Of a DNA stretch of 28,544 nt, positions 9,077-16,412 are shown piece by piece. The number at the start of each line of letters is the position of its first letter. The stretch's first letter is position 1. The position numbers and the translations under genes were made by a program. This DNA comes from Candidatus Sumerlaeia bacterium. GTDB lineage: Bacteria > Sumerlaeota > Sumerlaeia > SLMS01. The stretch is taken from positions 1 to 28,544 of the forward strand of contig JBBQYG010000039.1 of the NCBI GenBank assembly GCA_038208905.1. The letters are read 5' to 3'. The notes under the pieces are model-generated. The model made no database searches, had not been told where the DNA came from, and worked only from the letters and a program-made list of their open reading frames with translations.

Positions 9077-9715
9077 ATGCCGGAGCCAGAAAGCCGACTC
9101 GCTACGGTCGAGCCAACCGAAAAAGGACTGCGCGCCCTTGACCGCATCAAGGAGCGCTTCCGTGTCGCCGACCTCCCCCCCGCCTTCCACGTCCTCGCCG
9201 GTTCCGAGACCGGCGCGAGCGACATCGCCGCCAACCTCGACCGCCAACTCGCCGACGGCAAGCTCCCGGAGAAGACCAAGCTCGTCATCGCCGTCGCCGT
9301 CGCCTCCGCCGCGGGAGGACGCGCCGCCACGGACTTCTTCACCGCCGCCGCCCTCGCCGCCGGCCGCACCCGCGCCGAAGTCCTCGACGCCATCGCCGCC
9401 GCCGCCGTCTGCGCCATCTTCAACGGCTACTACCGCTTCCGCCACCAACTCCCCGCCGACCTCCGCCCCACCTACGACGCCTTCCGCGCCCCCTTCAACG
9501 CCAACACCCACATCAACTCCGCCCTCACCCACACCGAGACCGAAACCATCTGCCTCGCCGTCTCCTCCCTCAACAACTGCGAAGCCTGCGTCGCCAGCCA
9601 CCTCGCCAAAGCCCACAAGCTAGGCCTCACCGACGAGCAGATCGACGAAGCCATCAAGGCCGGCGCCGTGGCGGCGGCGGTGGCGAAGTTGCTGTCGGCG
9701 TTGGGGGGATGTTGA
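9077..9715 (+). CDS. ahpD: Alkylhydroperoxidase AhpD / carboxymuconolactone decarboxylase family protein
   Basis: Two CMD-like repeats, NGYYRF motif, E-x-I-x-LAVS-x-LNNCEACVASH (CxxC plus His, as in AhpD); AGGAG RBS. Confidence 0.8.
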   Translation: MPEPESRLATVEPTEKGLRALDRIKERFRVADLPPAFHVLAGSETGASDIAANLDRQLADGKLPEKTKLVIAVAVASAAGGRAATDFFTAAALAAGRTRAEVLDAIAAAAVCAIFNGYYRFRHQLPADLRPTYDAFRAPFNANTHINSALTHTETETICLAVSSLNNCEACVASHLAKAHKLGLTDEQIDEAIKAGAVAAAVAKLLSALGGC

Positions 9716-9845
9716 AGTTGCATCATGGGCGTTGCTTCCCGGGAAAGGGAAGGGCCGAAGTCCGAGGCTCCCATTCTTCCGTCCCTGCAGCCACCATCCC
9801 GAAACCGAAAGCCTGCATCGCCCGCCATCGCGGCGCCACGCGAGT

Positions 9846-9881
9846 CGCTCCCCCCGGACCGTGAGGCGTCCGGGGGGAGCG
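9846..9881. terminator. Perfect 14-bp GC hairpin between convergent genes; probable terminator or mRNA 3'-end stabiliser
   Basis: CGCTCCCCCCGGAC, 8-nt loop, GTCCGGGGGGAGCG; no U-tract on either strand. Confidence 0.55.
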
Positions 9882-9910
9882 GGTAGAGGTGTGTGGGTTG
9901 CGTGGTGCGG

Positions 9911-12900
9911 TTACTGGACGAGCGAGACTTCCTCGACACGGATGCTCTTCAGCGTGAGCTGCACCGTCGGGTCGTCCGCGTTCGGATCCACGGAGACATC
10001 CACCGGGGTCTTCACGAAGAGGTAGTCGAAGGAGAAGATCCACGTGGCGCCGTCGATTTCGGCGGGAGCCTGAAGTATCTGGGTGTAGGTAATGTCGTTG
10101 CCCGCCGTTGGAACGCGAACCGCCGTATTGCGCGAGTCGATATTCGTGAGGGCGGAGAACATCAGGCTGCTGTCGTTGACGCGCAGGCGGAAGGTCGGCA
10201 CGCGCCCGCGGTTTGCTTCCGTGGCGTCGGAGGTGACTGTCCACAGCAGGCGGTAGAGCTTGCCCGCGGTGAACGGAACCATCGTGTCGAGGCCGTAGTT
10301 GCCAAAGATCGCGCCGACATTCGTCGTCGTGCCGGGGGCAATGGCGCGGATCGTCAGGCCGCCGGAAGTGCCGAATTCGGCGGGCTTGGCAAGGAGCGGG
10401 GTGGCGTCGCGCGGGGTGAAGCCGAGCGTGCCGGAAGAGGCGAAATCGAAGTTCGCGACCAAGGCCGCCGTCAGCGGGGAACTCAGCGCTTCAACCGTCA
10501 CACCGTCGAGGTACAGCGTCGCGGCGGCGGCATCGGTGGGATCGAAGTTCAGCACGTCGAAGTCCAAGCGGAACTGGCTCTGGCCGACGGGCTGGCTGAA
10601 GTACTGCACGTAGTTGCGCGCGGCCGTGGCGGAGTAGCTTCCCGTGCCGGTGGAGGTGGCGACGAGGACGTCGCTCTGCTGGAAGTCGTCCGATGAGGAG
10701 CGCATGCGCACCGTCGGAACGATGGCCGATGAGGCCAGGCTGGAACCCACCGTGAACGTGGAGCGGAAGAGCGCGTTGGCGCCGTCCTTCGCGACGATCG
10801 AGTAGGCCGTGTTGGCCTTGGCGGGCTGGCCGTGGGTTGAACCCATAATTTCGAACATGCCGGATTCGAGGAAGGCGAAGGTGTTCGTGTTGTCGTTGGT
10901 TGTAATGATAAGGGCGCCGCGATCGGCATCGTAGCCGCCCGTGGTGGTGCCACCACCAAAGTCGGATAGTTCACGGAAATCCCAGCCGCTTGCGGTGGTG
11001 TTGAAGTCGAACGCCACCGAGGCAGCGGGAGTGGGACTCGCCGTTGTTACGGGGGTAACGGTGGGCGTGGGTGATGGGGTTTCCGTGGCTGATGGCGAAG
11101 GACTCAGCGTTGGGGCGGTGGTTTGCGTCGGGCTCGATGTAGGGTTCGGGGTGGCACTCGCGGTGGGCGTGGCGGTGAGGGTTTCGGAGGGGCTTGGGAC
11201 GGAGGTGATGCTCGGGCTCGGGCTCGCGCTGGGCGAGGCGGAGGCGGAGGCGGAAGGAGTTCCGATGGATGTTTGCGTCGGGCTGGCGGTGGGGCTCAAT
11301 CCCGTTGGGGTTGGGGCCGGTGTGGCAGTCTCGCTGACCGAGAGCGTAGGCGTAGGCGTTGGGGACGCTGTCGCGGTGGCGGTGGCGGTCAAGGACGGTG
11401 TGAAGGCCAAGGTGGGCGTGGCGGTTGTCGGCGTATCCGTCGGTGAGACGGTGGGACTGGCTGTTGGTGTGGGGGAGGCAGTCTCGCTCGCCGAGGGCGT
11501 CGGCGTCGGCGTCGCGGTGACAGTCATGGTGGGCGTGGCTGTTGTCGGCGTATCCGTCGGTGAGACAGTGGGACTGGGTGTTGGTGTGCCCGTTGGCGTG
11601 GGCGCAACGGCGGGGATGAAGTTTGCTGCCAGCTCCCGGTTTGCCATGACAACGAATTCGAAGACGGGCGTGGAGCTGACGATGGTGCCGCCGTCGGTCC
11701 AGGTGGCGAAGTCGAAGCCCGGCAGAGGCGTCGCGGTAACCGTGGCCAGGGCGCCGTCGAGATAGTCGCCGTCGCCGGTGGTGGTACCGTCGGTGGCGGG
11801 GATCGCGGTGGTGGTAACGGTGAAGTGTAGAAGCGGGACGATGCCGGGTTCTGCGATGGTCAGGTTGTACGTGGTGGCGACCTCGGCGGCGCTGGCGTCG
11901 ATGCTGCGGATTTCGAAGCTGAAGGTGCCGGCGGTGTTGGGGGTTCCAGAGAGGACTCCGGCGACTTCGTCGAAGACCAGGCCGTCTGGGAGGAGTCCGG
12001 TGCGTAGGGTTGTGATGGGCGATGTGCCGCCGTTGACGATGGTGCGCTCGGTGTAGGGCTGGTCGCGCTCGCCGTCCTGAAGGTGGTCGATGAGGCCGAG
12101 TTGTTGGCCAGCGTCGAAGCCGGCCATTTGGGCACCGATGAAATCGCCGACGATCTCCAAGGTGGAGAGGTCCACGTCGATTCCGTCGATGGGCTTGATG
12201 CCGATACCGTGGATGCCGTCGGGGCCGACAGAGTCAGCGAGGGCTTCGCCGGTCTCGGTGTCGATGGGGCCGACGTATTTGAAGAAGTCGTACCGCCGGG
12301 TGATGATTTCGTCGCCGTTGGGGATGTCTTCCGGGGCACCTGCGAGTTCGCCGTTGGCGCCGCCATTGCCAGAGTTGAAATCCGTCTGCAGGAGCTGCCA
12401 TTCGACTTCGACTTCGTCCGGTTCATTGTTGGCCCAGTTCCTGTCGTTGGGGTCGTCTGGGTCATCGGTGACAAGGTCGCGGAGTTCGACGCGGTTGTTG
12501 TTATGGGTCTGCGTCCTGGTTTCCTTCACCCAGCTGGGGTCGCCGAATTCGAGCGGTGGGGGCGCGGGGGGCGGGGGCGGGACGATCACGGCCTGCACCT
12601 GGGCGGGTCCGCCGGCAGGAGGAAAGTAGGTGAATGTGGGGGTGGCGATGTTGACGGCGTTGCCCCGGATGAGGTTGCCGGCGCCGTCGTCGATGAGCCA
12701 GTGATAGCGGACGGCTGTGGGGGCGGCGTTAAAGCCAACCCCGAAGTGCTCGCCACCAAAGTTGACGGATGGGTCGGTGAACTGGTGGCCGTCTGTCGGG
12801 GAGATGGGTCCGGCGGGAACGGCGGTGAAGGAGGTCCAGGAACCGTCGGGGTTTTTCGAGCTTTCATATCGGACAGACACGCGGGGGTGGAGGGGGTCGG

Positions 12901-13147
12901 TGTTGTCTTCGGTGATTCTCGGGACGCCGTAGTGGTTCCAGTCGTAGGTGTAGGAAATATCCCTGCTGCGGAGGTCCTCGATTTCAATTTCAAAGCCGTG
13001 GCAGGGGGTGCCGTTATCATTGACGGCATCGAAGTTGTTGATGCTGCCGTAGCCTTGGCTTGCATCTGCTGTCGTGGCGGCGGAGGCGAGGAGGAGGCTA
13101 ATGGCTGCAAGGGTGACTGCCCAGCGGTGGAGGGAGTTGCGCTTCAT
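9911..13147 (-). CDS. Large modular secreted/surface protein (~1078 aa): unknown acidic N-domain, putative Ig (He_PIG-like), InlB-B-like repeat, Pro/Thr/Ser linker, duplicated C-terminal domain
   Basis: ATG 13147 gives a signal peptide (MKRNSLHRWAVTLAAISLLLASAA). LPDGL..D...GVLSGTP..AGTFSF matches He_PIG; GDY..G..ATVTATP.PGFDFATW matches the InlB-B-like repeat; ~195-aa P/T/S linker. Confidence 0.85.
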   Translation of the reverse strand: MKRNSLHRWAVTLAAISLLLASAATTADASQGYGSINNFDAVNDNGTPCHGFEIEIEDLRSRDISYTYDWNHYGVPRITEDNTDPLHPRVSVRYESSKNPDGSWTSFTAVPAGPISPTDGHQFTDPSVNFGGEHFGVGFNAAPTAVRYHWLIDDGAGNLIRGNAVNIATPTFTYFPPAGGPAQVQAVIVPPPPPAPPPLEFGDPSWVKETRTQTHNNNRVELRDLVTDDPDDPNDRNWANNEPDEVEVEWQLLQTDFNSGNGGANGELAGAPEDIPNGDEIITRRYDFFKYVGPIDTETGEALADSVGPDGIHGIGIKPIDGIDVDLSTLEIVGDFIGAQMAGFDAGQQLGLIDHLQDGERDQPYTERTIVNGGTSPITTLRTGLLPDGLVFDEVAGVLSGTPNTAGTFSFEIRSIDASAAEVATTYNLTIAEPGIVPLLHFTVTTTAIPATDGTTTGDGDYLDGALATVTATPLPGFDFATWTDGGTIVSSTPVFEFVVMANRELAANFIPAVAPTPTGTPTPSPTVSPTDTPTTATPTMTVTATPTPTPSASETASPTPTASPTVSPTDTPTTATPTLAFTPSLTATATATASPTPTPTLSVSETATPAPTPTGLSPTASPTQTSIGTPSASASASPSASPSPSITSVPSPSETLTATPTASATPNPTSSPTQTTAPTLSPSPSATETPSPTPTVTPVTTASPTPAASVAFDFNTTASGWDFRELSDFGGGTTTGGYDADRGALIITTNDNTNTFAFLESGMFEIMGSTHGQPAKANTAYSIVAKDGANALFRSTFTVGSSLASSAIVPTVRMRSSSDDFQQSDVLVATSTGTGSYSATAARNYVQYFSQPVGQSQFRLDFDVLNFDPTDAAAATLYLDGVTVEALSSPLTAALVANFDFASSGTLGFTPRDATPLLAKPAEFGTSGGLTIRAIAPGTTTNVGAIFGNYGLDTMVPFTAGKLYRLLWTVTSDATEANRGRVPTFRLRVNDSSLMFSALTNIDSRNTAVRVPTAGNDITYTQILQAPAEIDGATWIFSFDYLFVKTPVDVSVDPNADDPTVQLTLKSIRVEEVSLVQ
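11411..11588. repeat. 61-bp direct repeat (11411-11471 and 11528-11588) in the PT linker
   Basis: GGTGGGCGTGGC[G/T]GTTGTCGGCGTATCCGTCGGTGAGAC[G/A]GTGGGACTGG[C/G]TGTTGGTGTG; 3 mismatches, 117-bp (in-frame) period. Confidence 0.85.
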
Positions 13148-13176
13148 CTGGAAAGCCTTTCGGTCCCCCGTGCGGC

Positions 13177-13198
13177 TTTTCATAAATTCTGATGAAAA
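13177..13198. promoter_or_regulatory. AT-rich palindrome, candidate transcription-factor operator
   Basis: TTTTCAT-N8-ATGAAAA, 30 bp upstream of ATG 13147, in an otherwise very GC-rich background. Confidence 0.4.
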
Positions 13199-13676
13199 TT
13201 CCGTTCTTCTTCCGGGGTTGCGACTAGTTGTAGTGGTACTCGAAAAGGCTCTGAAAAGACAAGGACTATGTACGTCCGGGAGATGTCGGCGGGGGAACTC
13301 CGAGAGCTCCCCCTTGATGCGCTTCGCCCCGATGGCGTGGCGGGGGCGCCGCATCGTGAACAGGAACAAATGGCACGGGCGCACGCCTCCGCCGCCTCGT
13401 GTTTTTCCTTGGTGTACCTGTTCCGCCGTTGGATTTCGACACACCTGTTTCCAGGCTTCTTGAGACGCGGGAGCCCTGTGCGCCGCGTTTGACTGCCAAC
13501 GGCTCGGTTCTGTTGGGCCGCCGGGTGGGAAACGGCCTACCCCCTAAGGAGTTCTGCTGTCGGGAGGGGATCGGATACCATACATCCGATGCCCACCTCG
13601 CCCGCAGGGCTTTTTCTTTGACGCGACGCTCCGCCAAACGCCAACTTCGCCGAATCAATTGAGAGGCGATCACGCC

Positions 13677-14636
13677 ATGTCCTCACCTCCCCCACCACCC
13701 GGCGGGCCCGGGCCATTGCCGTTGCATTTGATGAAGCGGCGCAAGACGCAGCACCGGCTGCGGCGTCGGCAGTATGGCGCGGCGTTGGAGGCCGCGGGCC
13801 CTGTGTTGGAAACCGTCGCGGGCGTGAGCGAGGGCGCCGCCGGGTCGGCGGGTGAGCCGTCCACGGGATCGACGAAGGGGAGCGAGGTGGATGCCCTCCG
13901 CGCCCGCGCGGGAGTGGCGGAGCGGGCAGTCGCCGAACTGAATGCGAAGGTCGATGAAATGACAACGCTCCTGACGCTCCGCGAGGAGGAAGTCGCAACA
14001 CGCGAGCGCGCCTTTCAGGAGGCGAAGAAGGTGGTGGAGGAGGCCAAGGCGCAGGTCCTGCGGTCGAACCAGGAGATGGACCTCCAGCGTAAGCGCCTGC
14101 TGAAGGAGAAGGAAGACGTCCAGAAGTTCGCGGCGGAGAAGCTGCTGGAGCAGCTCTTCCCGGTGCTCGACAATTTCGCGATGGCGGTGGAGTCCTTCGA
14201 GAAGGGGACGCCGGCCGACACGCTGGTCTCGGGCGTGGTCATCATCCATCGGGACATGCTGGGGATGCTGGGCCAGAGTGGCTTTAGCCAGGTGGAGGCC
14301 GTGGGCCAGCCCTTCGACCCGCGCCAGCACGATGCCGCCAGCATGGAGGCCGATCCCTCCAAGCCCGAGGGCGTGGTGCTGCGCGTGCTGAGGCCGGGCT
14401 ATGTACTCCACGACAAGGTGCTGCGTCCGGCGATGGTGATGGTGAACCGGCTGCCCAAGGCAGAGACGCCCCGCCCCATCGAGGGCGCACCCGTCACCCC
14501 GGCGCCCGACCTGCCCGCCGATCAGCGCCGCCCCTCGGACCCCGATATCCAGAAACCGACTGTCGGTACGCCGAAGGATCAGATCATCGACCCGCTCGAG
14601 CGAGCCCGTCGATTGATGGACACCAGTTTCGAATAG
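13677..14636 (+). CDS. grpE: Nucleotide exchange factor GrpE with N- and C-terminal extensions
   Basis: Coiled coil followed by LFPVLDNF, G.PFDPRQHDA and GYVLHDKVLRPAMVMV; GAGAGG RBS before ATG 13677. Confidence 0.92.
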   Translation: MSSPPPPPGGPGPLPLHLMKRRKTQHRLRRRQYGAALEAAGPVLETVAGVSEGAAGSAGEPSTGSTKGSEVDALRARAGVAERAVAELNAKVDEMTTLLTLREEEVATRERAFQEAKKVVEEAKAQVLRSNQEMDLQRKRLLKEKEDVQKFAAEKLLEQLFPVLDNFAMAVESFEKGTPADTLVSGVVIIHRDMLGMLGQSGFSQVEAVGQPFDPRQHDAASMEADPSKPEGVVLRVLRPGYVLHDKVLRPAMVMVNRLPKAETPRPIEGAPVTPAPDLPADQRRPSDPDIQKPTVGTPKDQIIDPLERARRLMDTSFE

Positions 14637-14669
14637 GAATGTGACACGGGCGGGACGCGCCGCGCTACC

Positions 14670-16388
14670 TTACGGTGCCGTCTGAGCGACCTGGCGCTTG
14701 GCGAAGGGCTGGAGCGCCGCGGGGAGCGCGACGGCGTCAACCTCCGCGACGCGCTTCTCGAGCGCCAGCGCCACGGGCGCCAGCGAGGCCCGGGTGGCGG
14801 GGGCGATGGCGTCGAAGAGCGGCTTGGGATACAGCCCGATGATGAGCGCGAAGATGCCCAGCACGAGGAGCTGGCCCCACTCGCGCGGGACGAGGTCCGT
14901 CAGGCCGCCATTCTTCTCCTCGTCCAGCTTGCCGAAGAACGTCTTCTGGTACATGATCAGCAGATACACGGCGCCAAAGATGACGCCCGAGGCGGCGCCC
15001 GCGGCGACGACCCACGTGTAGTTGGCCATCCCCATCGACGCGGCCCAGCTATACGGGTCCTGAGCTTCCATCAGAATCGGCAGGTTATTCATCGAACCGA
15101 TGATGATCGCGAATTCGCCGATGAACCCGTTGAGCCCGGGAAGACCCACGCTGCTCAGGACCATGATCATCGTGAGCACGGCGAAGATCGGGAGGTTCCT
15201 GGCCAGCCCGCCAAAGTCGCTCATCTGTCGCGTATGGGTGCGTTCGTAGATCATGCCGACCGCGAGGAAGAGTCCGCTGGTCGAGATGCCGTGGTTGATC
15301 ATCTGCATCACCGCGCCGCTAACGCCCTGGGGGTTCATGGAGAAGATGCCGAGCACCACGAATCCCATGTGGGACACCGACGAGTAGGCGACCAGGCGCT
15401 TGATGTCCGTCTGCACGATGGCGGTCATGGCGCCATAGATGATGGCGATGACGGCCAGCCACGAAATCGCGGGGGCAAAGGCCACCGACGCATCGGGGAA
15501 GAGCGGCAGGCAAAAGCGCAGGATGCCGTAGCCGCCCGTCTTGAGCAGCACGCCCGCCAGGATCACGGAGCCCGCCGTCGGCGCCTCGGTGTGGGCGTCG
15601 GGGAGCCACGTGTGCAGCGGGAACAGCGGCACCTTGATCGCAAACGCGAGGAACAACGCCAGGAACGGCAGCATCGCCGTGTGGAAGGTGGCGAGGGCTC
15701 CGGCACCGGTCTGGGTGGCGAGAAGGACCTCGTAGGAGTAGGTCTTCACGTACTCGATCTCGCCCGTGGCTGTGTTCAGCGCGCCGTTGTTGTAGTACAT
15801 CCAGATCATGCCGATCAGCATCAGCACCGACCCGAAGAGCGTATAGAGCACGAACTTGATCGTGGCGTAGTAGCGGTTCTTGGAACCCCAGATGCCGATC
15901 ATGAAATACAGCGGGATCAGCATCAGTTCCCAGAACATGTAGAACAGGAAAAGGTCCGTGGCCAGGAAAGTGCCAAGGATCGCCGTCTGGATCAGCATCA
16001 GGTAGAAGAAGAATTCCTTCTGGCGCTTCTCGATCGCCGTCCAGGAGCAGAGGACGCCAAAGATGCCGAGGATACCCGTCAGCACCAGCATCACCATCGA
16101 GAGGTTGTCGACGCCCACCGAGTAGCCGATGGAGAACTCCGGGAGCCACGCGAGGTACTCGCGGAACTGGAAGGTGGAAGCCACCTCCCTCATGGCACCG
16201 CCGCCAACGGGAACGCTGACGATATTGCTGACGCTGCCGCTCCAGTCGAATCGCGCGGCGAGGAACAGGATCAGGACCAAATCCAGAATTACCACGCCCA
16301 GCGCGCCGTACTTGACCTGGCGGGCCGGCAGGCTGGCGCACAGGATGGCGCCGAGGAAGACCGGGAGAAAGATAATCAGGCTGAGCAT
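14670..16388 (-). CDS. nuoM: NADH-quinone oxidoreductase subunit M
   Basis: DLFLFYMFWELMLIP, KVPLFPLHTWLPDAHTEAPTAGSVILAGVLLK, AYSSVSHMG and GLPGLNGFIGE motifs. Confidence 0.96.
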   Translation of the reverse strand: MLSLIIFLPVFLGAILCASLPARQVKYGALGVVILDLVLILFLAARFDWSGSVSNIVSVPVGGGAMREVASTFQFREYLAWLPEFSIGYSVGVDNLSMVMLVLTGILGIFGVLCSWTAIEKRQKEFFFYLMLIQTAILGTFLATDLFLFYMFWELMLIPLYFMIGIWGSKNRYYATIKFVLYTLFGSVLMLIGMIWMYYNNGALNTATGEIEYVKTYSYEVLLATQTGAGALATFHTAMLPFLALFLAFAIKVPLFPLHTWLPDAHTEAPTAGSVILAGVLLKTGGYGILRFCLPLFPDASVAFAPAISWLAVIAIIYGAMTAIVQTDIKRLVAYSSVSHMGFVVLGIFSMNPQGVSGAVMQMINHGISTSGLFLAVGMIYERTHTRQMSDFGGLARNLPIFAVLTMIMVLSSVGLPGLNGFIGEFAIIIGSMNNLPILMEAQDPYSWAASMGMANYTWVVAAGAASGVIFGAVYLLIMYQKTFFGKLDEEKNGGLTDLVPREWGQLLVLGIFALIIGLYPKPLFDAIAPATRASLAPVALALEKRVAEVDAVALPAALQPFAKRQVAQTAP

Positions 16389-16412
16389 GGGATGCGGAGC
16401 GGCTCCTGGGTC

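Noticed and set aside
7839-9623. 594-aa ORF with a Pro/Ser/Thr-rich tail
   Set aside because: Antisense to the GT2 gene, then an off-frame reading of the C-rich ahpD codons.
11020-11606. Repeats considered as a CRISPR array
   Set aside because: They are coding, degenerate and in frame, with no constant repeat/unique spacer structure and no cas genes.
13148-13444. 99-codon upstream extension of the large secreted protein
   Set aside because: The signal peptide begins at Met 13147, and the extension covers palindromic, regulatory-looking DNA.
13500-13676. CIRCE/HrcA operator or known riboswitch upstream of grpE
   Set aside because: No TTAGCACTC-N9-GAGTGCTAA, and no recognisable c-di-AMP, c-di-GMP, TPP or cobalamin core.
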